NCBI RefSeq assembly: GCF_006345805.1
Contig: NC_043017.1
Span: 25,296,001-25,360,000, forward strand
Length of the DNA: 64,000 bases
From: Octopus sinensis
Lineage: Eukaryota
Reading direction: 5' to 3'
Shown in pieces: positions 11,252-23,439 of this stretch. Numbering within the stretch: the first letter of the stretch is position 1; each line of letters starts with the position of its first letter. The translations under genes and the position numbers were made by a program. Under the pieces are notes generated by a model. That model saw nothing but the letters and a program-made list of their open reading frames with translations, did no database searches and had not been told where the DNA came from.

Positions 11252-11434
11252 TGAGAATTTACAAAAAACAAAAGACAAAGACGGGTGTAAACAACAAACA
11301 GATGTATTAGTTTAACGGTCGGGAAGTGAGGAAGTCTTTTATGTTTCGAGCCTATGCTCTTCGACAGAAAGGGACACAGAAATAACAGGGAGAGAAAATA
11401 GGAAAACGTTTAGTGGCTAGTGATCTATCATGGC

Positions 11435-11435
<1 letters not shown>
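11252..11435 (-). mobile_element. Second family of (TA)n-flanked Penelope-like element with a hammerhead-like motif
   Basis: The minus strand of 11336-11371 reads cttt-CTGTCGA-A-GAGC-atag-GCTC-GAAA-C-AT-A-aaag. Related to 47508-47690. Confidence 0.55.
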
Positions 11436-11478
<43 letters not shown>

Positions 11479-12180
11479 TATATATATAATATATTGTATT
11501 GTGTCTGGGGAGAGTCATTTTCTTTTTGTGCCTTATTATAAAGAATCTTGCAAACCAAATCCAAAAACGAAATATAATAATATAAATAATATATAGATAT
11601 ATGCATGTCTATATACATATGTGTACATACCTATATATATATGTATATATACAAGCATATATAGGTACAGGACATCAAAAAACGTGGACAAAATGAGAAA
11701 CGAGAACATAAAAAACAAAAACATAGAAAACCAACCTGTTTTTTTTGACAATGAAACCAAAACAAACAGAGAAACGAGACATGCAACATTAAGAACATGC
11801 CCTTCATCAGTTGTCCCCTATTTTATCTACTCCGCATTTATATTGTTGGTATTATGCAAAATTGTCGTAAGTTGAAATGTTGCCTTTACAGAAAATGAAA
11901 AAAATAGTTTTGCTGTTCCATTTCTTTTTACATTAGCAACAGTTTAAGCTTAACAATAATACTTTGTTGGATGCATGGAATTTTAACTGCATGGCATGTA
12001 TGATATTTTCAGTCAGAAATACTTTTGCAAAACTGTCATTTGTGGGGCTTATTACATTTTCGGAAAATCAGAAGCAGCTGCAGATGTGATTGCTTGACCA
12101 AAGTAACTGGCCATTGCAGGCAAAATGAAATATTGAAATAAACACATTTGGCCAAATTTGGATGTTTGACATAATAGCAA

Positions 12181-12216
<36 letters not shown>

Positions 12217-12221
<5 letters not shown>

Positions 12222-12425
12222 ATCCAAACAAGAAAACACAAAAAAGCAAAAAAAACACAGCAAGGCGAGGACGTGGAACAAATAAAGTATTATTGGACGC
12301 TCAGGAAGGAAGGGAAGAAGGAGGGTTTAACATTTCGAGCGGAGCTCTTCGTCGGAAACATAGGAGAAGGAAAGATCCCGAGAAGGGAAGACAGAGGAAA
12401 AAAAATCGGCAGCGGTACTCATGAG
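12217..12425 (-). mobile_element. Short Penelope-like element with a hammerhead-like motif
   Basis: The minus strand of 12325-12359 reads gttt-CCGACGA-A-GAGC-tcc-GCTC-GAAA-T-GT-T-aaac. Confidence 0.65.
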
Positions 12426-12427
12426 GT

Positions 12428-12477
<50 letters not shown>

Positions 12478-12894
12478 AATACACACACATACACAAATAT
12501 GAAATAGAAGTAGCACTAGTGTAATAAACATTATAAATTGCATACTTAATGTTACATGCGTTGTGTCATGTCAAATTGCAGCCTGCCAGAAATACATGCT
12601 ACATATATGTGAAGGCGCATATATGTGGTATTATTTAAAACAGCTTGATTGGCTCCATGCTACTTAAAGTCTCACAGGCCTCTAACAGAAGCCTGTTTCT
12701 TACAGGCTTTAGATTACCAAATACATACAGGGCTTGTGCACAGTTTCTGTTTATCAAATTCCTTTCATTAAACATTGGTTTCAGAAGAAGACACCTGCTG
12801 CAAGTACAATGGCAGTGGAATCAAACCTGGAATTTTACCTTTAGAAAGCAGACACCTCAACCACATTGCTATCTATAGAGAGAAAAAGATATAC

Positions 12895-13280
12895 CCTTTT
12901 ACTTGTTTCAGTCATTTGACTGCGGCCATGCTGGAGCACTGCCTTTAATCGAGCAACTCGACCCCGGGACTTATTCTTTTGTAAGCCCAGTACTTATTCT
13001 ATCGGTCTCTTTTGCCGAACCGCTAAGTAACGGAGACATAAACACACCAGCATTGGTCGTCAAGCAATGCTAGGGGGACAAACACACACACGCATATATA
13101 TATATATACATATATACGACAGGCTTCTTTCAGTTTCCATCTACCAAATGCACTCACAAGGCTTTGGTCCGCCCGAGGCTATAGTAGAAGACACTTGCCC
13201 AAGGTGCCACGCAGTGGGACTGAACCCGGAACCATGTGGTTGGTAAACAAGCTACTTACCACACGGCCACTCCTGTGCCT
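12895..13280 (-). mobile_element. SINE family B
   Basis: Reverse complement of the family B consensus, head at 13280. Confidence 0.85.
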
Positions 13281-13826
13281 CTATGTTTTTTTTTTTATAA
13301 AAATACCCCCCTTAAATATATGAATAAATAGCAAAATAGAAAATTACCTTAAGCAATCACAAGATCTCTGCATTCCATAAGTGAACTACAATAACCACAA
13401 GCCATTGAAATTAGTTATTCAAAGAAGCAGTAGAAGAAACTTATAAAACAGCAAGTCTTCTTTGCTCTGAATAAGTAATGACCGGAATCAGTTTACTGAG
13501 TTTGGTTGTCAAGTTAAAGACAACCGAATCATTTGAGAATGGCGTTTCGTCTCTTTTCCATTTTTTTTTTGTGTTTTTGACAAAAATTTCAAAGACAATA
13601 CAGCTGAGACAATATTCAAAGCAGGTGAATAAAGACTCATAAGGCTCACCAGTAAGAATGAAGTTTGTGGGTTGATGTAAGTAGGTAGGGTGTCGGGCTC
13701 TTGATCAAGAAGTTGTGGGTTCGATTCCTGAACTGGGTAGTACACTGTGTCCTTGATTAACCCATTAAGTCCCACTGTCCTAGAAATAGGACACTAAATG
13801 AGAACATTAAATAAACTATATCACAT

Positions 13827-13985
13827 TGTCTCAGTGTCGTCGAGGTCCACTTTGCCTTTCATCCTTTTGGGGTCGATAAATTAAGTACCAGTTACGCACT
13901 GGGGGTCGATGTAATCGACTTAATCCCTTTGTCTGTCCTTGTTTGTCCCCTCTGTGTTTAGCCCTTGTGGGTAGTAAAGAAATAT
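13827..13985 (+). mobile_element. SINE family A, 5'-truncated
   Basis: gaggtccactttgcctttcatcc...gtagtaaagaaata. Confidence 0.8.
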
Positions 13986-14454
13986 ATTTATAGAACATCG
14001 AGTATTTCCATTATTACTCGAAGTAAAGGAGTTTTGATAATTATTGTTTTCATTTTAACCTATTTTCAATCATTTGTAAAAATTTAAAAGTAATATTCAG
14101 AAATTTAAGTATCTGGGACTTGATGGGTTAAGCCACATCACTTTGAACTGCTCTTGTCTAATCAGGTTTATAAATAGCCCCTCTCTTTCTCTTTTTTCTT
14201 TCTCTGAGCGTCTTATTAAATGAAAAAAAATGACCATCCCTGAAATACAACAATATCTGTTTCAATACAGGATTTCACATCAAGGATCTTGCAACACGAA
14301 TTCATAGAGACATAACAATGACAATAGTCCTTGGATGCATGTGTGTGGTAAATTTTTGGAAGCTTGGTTAGAGGGAGAATAAAGGGAAAAGGGAAAGGAA
14401 GACAAAAAGGACAGGAAACAAAGAAAGAAAGTGAAAAAAAAAAAATGTAAGCAA

Positions 14455-14665
14455 AGGTGCATGGCTTAGTGGTTAGGGTGTTGGACTCATGATCGTGAGA
14501 TTGTGGTTTCGGTTCCTAGACTGGACAATGCATTGTATTCTTGATCAAAACATCATTTCAAGTTGTTCCAGTCTACTCAGCTGGTAAAAAGGAGTAATTC
14601 TGTGAGGGACTGGTGTTCTGTCCAGGGATGAATATATATGTCAGAGAAACCGAGAAACCAGCCAT
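14455..14665 (+). mobile_element. SINE family C variant (diverged)
   Basis: ggtgcatggcttagtggttagggtgttggactcatgatcgtgag head, nearly identical to 14767. Confidence 0.7.
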
Positions 14666-14762
14666 GGGCCCCTTACAGCTGAAAATGAGTATCAACCTAG
14701 TGCTGATGCAGCCCTCTCACCCTTTGGCTGTCACATTCTTGACGTTCCCCTGGGTCAGAGTG

Positions 14763-15029
14763 TAGAGGTGCATGGCTTAGTGGTTAGGGTGTTGGACTCA
14801 TGATCGTGAGATGGTGGTTTCGATTCCTGGACTAGGTAACATGTAGTGTTCTTGAGCAAAACACTTCATTTCATGTTGCTCCAGTTCCCTCAGCTGGCAA
14901 AAATGTGTTATCCTGTGATGGACCAGTGTCCCATCTGGGTGGGGAATATATACACCATGGGAACCAGGAAACTGGCCCTTGTCAGTTGATATGACTCAAA
15001 AAGGTAACTTTACCCTTCCTTTACCTTTA
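14763..15029 (+). mobile_element. SINE family C variant with (TTTACC)n tail and 15-bp TSD
   Basis: Flanked by ccctgggtcagagtg at 14748-14762 and 15030-15044. Confidence 0.8.
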
Positions 15030-15679
15030 CCCTGGGTCAGAGTGGGAGGACAGAGTGGACACCTTTGCTTGTGATTACACACTCTGTCTCTCTCTCTATC
15101 TTTGTCTTGCTCTCTCCATCAGTCTTGTATCTTCTCTACAGCAAGACACCTGTTTCTGTCCTTCTGTCACACCCTAATCTCCCCCTCCATCATGCTCTCC
15201 CCCTCCATCATGCCCTCCCCTTCCTTCATGCCCTCCCCCTCCATCATGCCTTTCCCCTCCATCACTCTGTCCATCTGTCCCTCTCTACCTACTTATCTGC
15301 CTATCTACCTATCTACTTACCTACTTAGCCAACTGTCTTGCCTGTCTTAAAAGATCTTTGTCTTGCAAGTTACTTGGTGACCTCACTGGTGCTGGTGCCA
15401 TGTAAAAGAATCCAGTCAACTCTATAAGGTGGTTGGCATTAGGAAGGGCATCCAGCCATAAAAACCATGCCGAAACAGACCTTGTCAGTACTGGTTCCAC
15501 ATGAAAAGCACCCTGTCCACTCTGAAAAGCGTTTGGCATTACGAAGGGCATCCAGCCCTAAAACCTATGCAAAACAGTGAAACCTGGTGCAGTCTTCTGG
15601 TTTGCCAGCTCCCGTCAAACTGTCCAACCCATGCCAGCATGGAAAATAGGCATTAAATGATGATATATATATATATATT

Positions 15680-16085
15680 ATTATCGTGCTAGTAGGGTGC
15701 CAAGAGCACCACCCGAGTGTGATTGTTACCAAAGCAGCCAACTGTCTTTCGTGCCAGTGGCACATAAAAGGGCACGATTTGAGCATGATCATTACCAAAG
15801 TCACCTTACTGGCACCTGTGCTGGTGGCATGTGTAAAAGGATTCGAGTGAGATCGTTGCCAGTACCGCCTGACTGGCCCCTGTGCCGGTGGCATGCGAAA
15901 AGCACCCACTACACTCACGGAGTGGTTGGCGTTAGGAAGGGAATCCAGCTGTAGAAACTCTGCCAAATCAAGACTGGAGCCTGGTGCAGCCATCTGGTTC
16001 ACCAGCCCTTAGTCAAAATCGTCCAAAATCGTCCAACCCATGCTAGCATGGAAAGCGGATGTTAAATGATGATGATGAATGATGA
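15680..16085 (+). mobile_element. RTE-LINE 3' UTR (family D) with three internal gtggca..aaaag repeats
   Basis: Family D core and (gat)n tail. Confidence 0.75.
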
Positions 16086-16163
16086 TATATATGTATATAG
16101 GTGTCCACTCTGTCCTCCCACTCTGACCCAGGGTAAAGGTAAAGGAAGGGTAAAGTTACCTTT

Positions 16164-16580
16164 AGGCGCAGGAGTGGCTGTTTGGTAAGTAGCTTGCTAA
16201 CCAACCACATGGTTCCGGGTTCAGTCCCACTGCGTGGCATCTTGGGCAAGTGTCTTCTGCTATAGCCCTGGGCCGACCAATGCCTTGTGAGTGGATTTGG
16301 TAGACGGAAACTGAAAGAAGCCTGTCGTATATATGTATATATATATATAAGTGTGTGTGAATATGTTTGTGTGTCTGTGTTTGTTCCCCTAGCATTGCTT
16401 GACAACCGATGCTGGTGTGTTTATGTCCCCGTTACTTAGCGGTTCGGCAAAAGAGACCGATAGAATAAGTACTGGGCTTACAAAAGAATAAGTCCCGGGG
16501 TCGATTTGCTCGATTAAAAGGCGGTGCTCCAGCATGGCCGCAGTCAAATGACTGAAACAAGTAAAAGAGAGTAAAGAGTA
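16164..16580 (+). mobile_element. SINE family B
   Basis: aggcgcaggagtggctg head to aaagagta tail. Confidence 0.85.
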
Positions 16581-16859
16581 TGTTTCATTACACAGTACTT
16601 CCTGGAAAACCAAGTTTGGCACGTTTGTTTTTTTTTTCCCCTTCTCACCTTGTCAGAATTCTACTTGTTTCTCCTCATTTCTATATTCCAGTCTCAGCGA
16701 GTTCCTGTGAACCGTTGTTATTTCTCATTCGCACCAGTCTCTCGCAATTCCACTCGGATTTATTACAAAAACATAAGATTTCTGCTTACATTTCTCTTAT
16801 TTCCCCGTTGCCGAGCAACTGTTAGAAAACATTACAACAAGACTGATCACATGATCACA

Positions 16860-16934
16860 TACACATTATATATATATAATATATAATGTATATATAATTG
16901 TATATATATATAATGTATATATAATGTATATATA

Positions 16935-16965
<31 letters not shown>

Positions 16966-17106
16966 GCATACTTATAATGTGTATGTATATATGTATGTTT
17001 GTATGTGTATGTGTGTGTACGTGTGTACGCACATACATATAATGTATAGATGTATATAAATGTATATATGTCTGTATACATGTGTGCATATATGTGTGTG
17101 TATGTA

Positions 17107-17137
<31 letters not shown>

Positions 17138-17184
17138 GCATACTTATAATGTGTATGTATATATGTATGTTTGTATCTGTATGT

Positions 17185-17244
<60 letters not shown>

Positions 17245-18162
17245 AACATCTGATTCCATCAGATTGAGCTGTCTGATGGATCGCCCACCAAAAAACAGAA
17301 GAATTTCCAAAATAATTTTTTCTCTCCATCTTGTAATTTTCATTGGCTTTTGGAAGTATTTTGGTGAGAAACAACAACCAAAAAATATATCTTTGAACTT
17401 TATATATTTTTTCTTCTCGTTAGATTATTTTAATAATTATTAAAGTCACTCACCTTTGTTGATTTTTGCTCTTGTTGTCTTTTAAACGATTTCTTTTCTT
17501 CTTCTCTTATTGGATCGGCTTCTGTGAGTTTACCTTTATTTAATGTTTCTGTTGTGTGACATTTTGCTGGTCTAGGTTGTGTGTGTGTTTTTTTGTTTTT
17601 GTTTTCTCTTTTCTTCTGTCATTGTTTCTTTTTTTTTGCGTAGAATTTTTTTTTTGTCTTTTTGCTGCAGACGAAAAAACATTTTTTTTTTTCATGTTTG
17701 AAAAGAAAATTCTATATCTCACATTTTAAAACATAATTTTTAAACACATCTGAGTTGGAGGACAAATATGAATATAAACTACACACATTCACATATACAT
17801 ACATATGCGTGCGCATGCGTACACACATACACACACAAACATACATATATACATACACATTATAAGTATGCATAAGACATATATACATTTATATACATCT
17901 ATACATTATATGTATGTGTGCACACACATACACATACAAACATACATATATACATACACATTATAAGTATACATACATATATATATATATATAAATATAT
18001 ATACACACACACATGTATGTACACATGTATACAGACATATATACATGTAATACATCTATACATTATATGTATGTATACATACACATATATGCACACACAT
18101 ACATTATATATATATATATACACACACACACATGCACACACATTATATGTATTTATATATGC

Positions 18163-18201
<39 letters not shown>

Positions 18202-18340
18202 AACACACACACATATATACATGTACATATATGTACATGTATACATATGTATATATACATATACATATATACATGTATACATATGTATATACATATGTAT
18301 ATGTGTGTATATTTATATATATATATATATATATGTGAAT
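16860..18340. repeat. Composite (TA)/(TG)/(CA) microsatellite arms in inverted orientation around a unique core (17240-17760)
   Basis: 16966-17002 is the exact reverse complement of 17836-17872, and 17031-17073 of 17877-17919. Confidence 0.75.
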
Positions 18341-18859
18341 GAAAAAATGCCAATAACAGAATTTCAAATGAAATAAAAAAAATCCTCAACAAACGCACAA
18401 ACAGTGAAAGTGAAATGTCTAATAGATATCCATGTGTCAAAATTTATCAAAAGTAAAGTAGTTTGATGTCTGAGACAATTATAATAATATAATGACAGAA
18501 GCGAATTACGAAAGAAAAAAAATGAAATATTAAATCAAATCAAAATTATTACCAGAGTTGAAATAATTTCTTTTGTATTGAAAAATATAATACTTCACTG
18601 CTTTTCAATAACCATGGTAACCAAAAAGTATATTTTATTACAAAAAGCATTGATGGATAGAAAACAAAATGCTGGCAGACAGTTGTCTTCATATGTCTCT
18701 GTGCCTTTCTGCCTGGCTATCTACCTTACCCAGAATCTTGCTTATCTACCTACCTGCTTAATCTACTTGCTGATCTGCCTACTTGCATACCTACCAACCT
18801 ACCTGTCTAGTTGGCTCCCTCTGTCCCCTCTCCTTCCCTTGGCTCCATCACTCCCCCTC

Positions 18860-19140
18860 CATCATGCTCCCCCACCTCCGTCACACCCTCCCCCTCTGTC
18901 ACTCCCTCACTCTCCGTCAGTCTGTCCATCCATCCATCCGTCCCTCTGTCCATCCGTCCCTCTGTCCATCTGTCCCTCTGTCCATCTGTCCCTCTGTCCA
19001 TCCGTCCCTCTGACCAACTGTCCCTCTGTCCATCCGTCCATCTGTCCATCTGTCCATCCATCCCTCTGTCCATCCGTCCCTCTGTCCATCCGTCCCTCTG
19101 TCCATCCGTCCGTCTGTCCCTCTGTCCATCCATCCCTCTG
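18860..19140. repeat. (CTGTCCATC/CGTCCCT)n minisatellite
   Basis: Direct reading of tandem tctgtccatccgtccc-type units. Confidence 0.9.
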
Positions 19141-19592
19141 GGGTCGATGTAATCGACTTAATCCCTTTGTCTGTCCTTGTTTATCCCCTCTATGTTTAGC
19201 CCCTTGTGGGTAGTAAAGAAATAGGTATTTCGTTTGTCTTTACGTTCTGAGTTCAAATTCTGCCGAGGTCGACTTTGCCTTTCATCCTTTCGGGGTTGAT
19301 AAATAAAGTACCAGTTTCGCACTGGGGTCGATGTAATCGACTTAATCCCTTTGTCTGACCTTGTTTGTCCCCTCTATGTTTAGCCCCTTGTGGGTAGTAA
19401 AGAAATAGGTATTTCGTTTGTCTTTACGTTCTGAGTTCAAATTCCGCAGAGGTCGACTGTGCCTTTCATCCTTTCGGGGTCGATAAATTAAGTACCAGTT
19501 ACGCACTGGGGTCGATGTAATCGACTTAATACCTATGTCTGTCTTTGTTTGCCCCCTCTATGTTTAGCCCCTTGTGGGCAATAAAGAAATAT
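19140..19592 (+). mobile_element. Headless SINE A concatemer (partial unit plus two 184-bp units)
   Basis: aaagaaata|ggtatttcg junctions at 19224 and 19408. Confidence 0.85.
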
Positions 19593-20472
19593 ATATTCAC
19601 TGTCTTTCTTTTGATTTCTCTTTTATTTTCTTCACAAATTCCCAACACTGTGTGTGTGTGTATGTGTATGTGTGTGTGTGTGTGTGCATGACTTCATGTG
19701 TTCTCTATTATTTAAAAAAAATTATTTGAATTCTTCCTTCTAAGAAATGAGCTGGTTTCTAACAAAAAACACAAAGTATTGGAATTTAGATGACAGAAAC
19801 AACGTTAGTATTTGGACTTGAGAAATGTCTGGCGTAATTTTACCGTTTTGCTTTCAAGTTGTATTTGTGATCTGCAAATTAGTTGGTCAATTTCTGTTTT
19901 TTTAGGAAAACTCCAGCTTATCCAGATTGTCATTTAGGCATTTACTCCAAAAACTAAGCACACACCAATTATTATTCATGTAAACGTGAGTTTATAATCC
20001 GGGTATCGAAGCTGACGGTTTCGAAGTAGTTTGTCTGTAGTTTATTCTCTTTCTGTTTGATTTCTGAAGTAGTATTCACATCAGCAGAGCAACTGACCTT
20101 TATGATGGCGCATAATTTTTCTTGCCTGTACCAAGCAATTGTACCTAACCTGTTAGGTTTGCACTTGATTTTGTGTGTGTGTCTGTGTGTGTTTCGTCAT
20201 CATTTTAATGTCCACTTTTCCCGTGTTTGCATGTGTCGGACAGAATATATTGAGGCAGATTTTCTGAAGCTGGATGCTCTTCCTGTTGCTCGCCCTCGCT
20301 TGTTTTCAAGCAAGGTAATACTTCCCCATGACCACATATGGTGCAGAACATTCAATATAGATGGTACTGCTTGTATGACTGTGACGATGATTTCACAACC
20401 ATCATGTGATGTCATGACAAGGAGACGCAAACATACACACACTTCCATACATGTATACATGTGCATATATGT

Positions 20473-23029
20473 TTCTTTATTACCCACAAGGGGCTAAACA
20501 TAGAGGGGACAAACAAGGACAGACAAACGGATTGAGATGATTACATCGACCCCAGTGCTTAACTGGCACTTAATTTATCGACCCCGAAAGGATGAAAGGC
20601 AAAGTCGACCTCTGTGGAATTTGAACTCAGAATGTAACGACAGACGAAATACCTATTTCTTTATTGTCCACAAGGGGCTAAACACAGACGAAATACCTAT
20701 TTCTTTATTGCCCACAAGGGGCTAAACATAGAGGGGACAAACAAGGACAGACAAACGGATTAAGACGATTACATCGACCCCAGTGCTTAACTGGCGCTTA
20801 ATTTATCGACCCCGAAAGGATGAAAGGCAAAGTCGACCTCTGGGAATTTGAACTCAGAATGTAACGACAGACGAAATACCTATTTCTTTATACCACACAA
20901 GGGGCCTAAACCAGAGGGGACAAACAGGGACAGACATAGGTATTAAGTTGATTACATTGACCCCAATGCGTCACTGGTATTTAATTTATCGACCTCGAAA
21001 GGATTGAAGGCAAAGTCGACCTCTGCGGATTTGAACTCAGAATGTAACGACAGACGAAATACCTATTTCTTTATTACCCACAAGGGGCCTAAACACAGAG
21101 GGGACAAACAAGGACAGACATAGGTATTAAGTTGATTACATTGACCCCAATGCGTCACTGGTATTTAATTTATCGACCCCGAAAGGATGAAAGGCAAAGT
21201 CGACCTCTGCGGAATTTGAACTCAGAATGTAACGACAGACGAAATACCTATTTCTTTATTACCCACAAGGGGCCTAAACACAGAGGGGACAAACAAGGAC
21301 AGACAAACGGATTAAGACGATTACATCGACCCCAGTGCTTAACTGGCACTTAATTTATCGACCCCGAAAGGATGAAAGGCAAAGTCGACCTCGGCGGAAT
21401 TTGAAATCAGAACATAACGGGAGATGAAATACCTATTTCTTTATTGCCCACAAGGGGCCTAAACACAGAGGGGACAAACAAGGACAGACATAGGTATTAA
21501 GTTGATTACATTGACCCCAATGCGTCACTGGTATTTAATTTATCGACCTCGAAAGGATGAAAGGCAAAGTCGACCTCGGCGGAATTTGAAATCAGAACGT
21601 AACGGGAGATGAAATACGGCTACGCATTTCACCCGACGTGCTAACGGTTCTGCCAGCTCGCCACCTTAACATGTGCATATATGTTTCTTTATTACTCACA
21701 AAGGGGCTAAACACAGAGGGGGGACAAACAAGGACAGACATAGGTATTAAGTTGATACATTGACCCCAATGCGTCACTGGTATTTAATTTATCGACCTCG
21801 AAAGGATGTTGAAAGGCAAAGTCGCCTCGGCGGAATTTGAAATCAGAACGTAACGGGAGATGAATCGGGGCTACGCATTTCGCCCGACGTGCTAACGGTT
21901 CTGCCAGCTCGCCACCTTATACATGTGCATATATGTTTCTTTATTACCCACAAGGGGCTAAAATAGAGGGGACAACAAGGACAGACAAACGGATTGAGAT
22001 GATTACATCGACCCCAGTGCTTAACTGGCGCTTAATTTATCGACCCCGAAATGATGAAAGGCAAAGTCGACCTCTGCGGAATTTGAACTCAGAATGTAAC
22101 GACAGACGAAATACCTATTTTTTATTACCCACAAGGGGCCTAAACACAGAGGGGACAAACAAGGACAGACATAGGTATTAAGTTGATTACATTGACCCCA
22201 ATGCGTCACTGGTATTTAATTTATCGACCTCGAAAGGATGAAAGGCAAAGTCGACCTCGGCGGAATTTGAAATCAGAACGTAACGGGAGATGAAATACGG
22301 CTACGCATTTCGCCCGACGTGCTAACGGTTCTGCCAGCTCGCCACCTTATACATGTGCATATATGTTTCTTTATTACTCACAAGGGGCTAAACACAGAGG
22401 GGACAAACAAGGACAGACATAGGTATTAAGTTGATTACATTGACCCCAATGCGTCACTGGTATTTAATTTATCGACCTCGAAAGGATGAAAGGCAAAGTC
22501 GACCTCGGCGGAATTTGAAATCAGAACGTAACGGGAGATGTAATACGGCTACGCATTTCGCCCGACGTGCTAACGGTTCTGCCAGCTCGCCACCTTATAC
22601 ATGTGCATATATGTTTCTTTATTACCCACAAGGGGCTAAACATAGAGGGGACAAACAAGGACAGACAAACGGATTGAGATGATTACATCGACCCCAGTGC
22701 TTAACTGGCGCTTAATTTATCGACCCCGAAATGATGAAAGGCAAAGTCGACCTCTGCGGAATTTGAACTCAGAATGTAACGACAGACGAAATACCTATTT
22801 CTTTATTACCCACAAGGGGCCTAAACACAGAGGGGACAAACAAGGACAGACATAGGTATTAAGTTGATTACATTGACCCCAATGCGTCACTGGTATTTAA
22901 TTTATCGACCTCGAAAGGATGAAAGGCAAAGTCGACCTCGGCGGAATTTGAAATCAGAACATAACGGGAGATGAAATACAGCTACGCATTTCGTCCGACG
23001 TGCTAACGGTTCTGCCAGCTCGCCACCTT
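20473..23029 (-). repeat. SINE A-derived higher-order tandem array bounded by an 18-bp direct repeat
   Basis: About 13 SINE A bodies of two sequence types. atacatgtgcatatatgt at 20455-20472 and 23030-23047, also copied internally. Confidence 0.85.
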
Positions 23030-23439
23030 ATACATGTGCATATATGTCACACATACACACACACATATGTTAAGCTTCTTTCAGCAAATGCCTTTGTGGG
23101 GACCTTCTGAAAATTCGTGAAAGGATCAGATAAAGACAGCTCCAACTATTTGGTCACTGCATGTGCCACCCTGAACTGGTAGCATCCAAATTAGCCATGT
23201 GGAACCTAATTCATGTTAATGTAAGAAGTGGAAAATGTTATCACATTTACACTGACCACTTGATTGCAGACATTGGCCTGGACTGTATCCAGGACCTCGA
23301 GACAGTGATGATGAACCAAAGAGTGTGGTAGGTGGACTTTGTTGCTGCAACCCAGGTTGGTACCTGGCCATAGATAGATATGGCTTATACAAACTTTAGG
23401 TTAGTTCCAATATATCTGTGAAATATTTTAACTTCTAAA

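Noticed and set aside
11770-11820. Minus-strand CTGATGA followed by a GGGCATG/CATGTCT stem
   Set aside because: The required GAAA and UH elements are missing after stem II, so it was not called a hammerhead.
17450-17570. Minus-strand open stretch ending at gtgagt (KGKLTEADPIREEEKKSFKRQQEQKSTK)
   Set aside because: No polypyrimidine acceptor, no recognisable homology, and A-rich composition explains the open frame.
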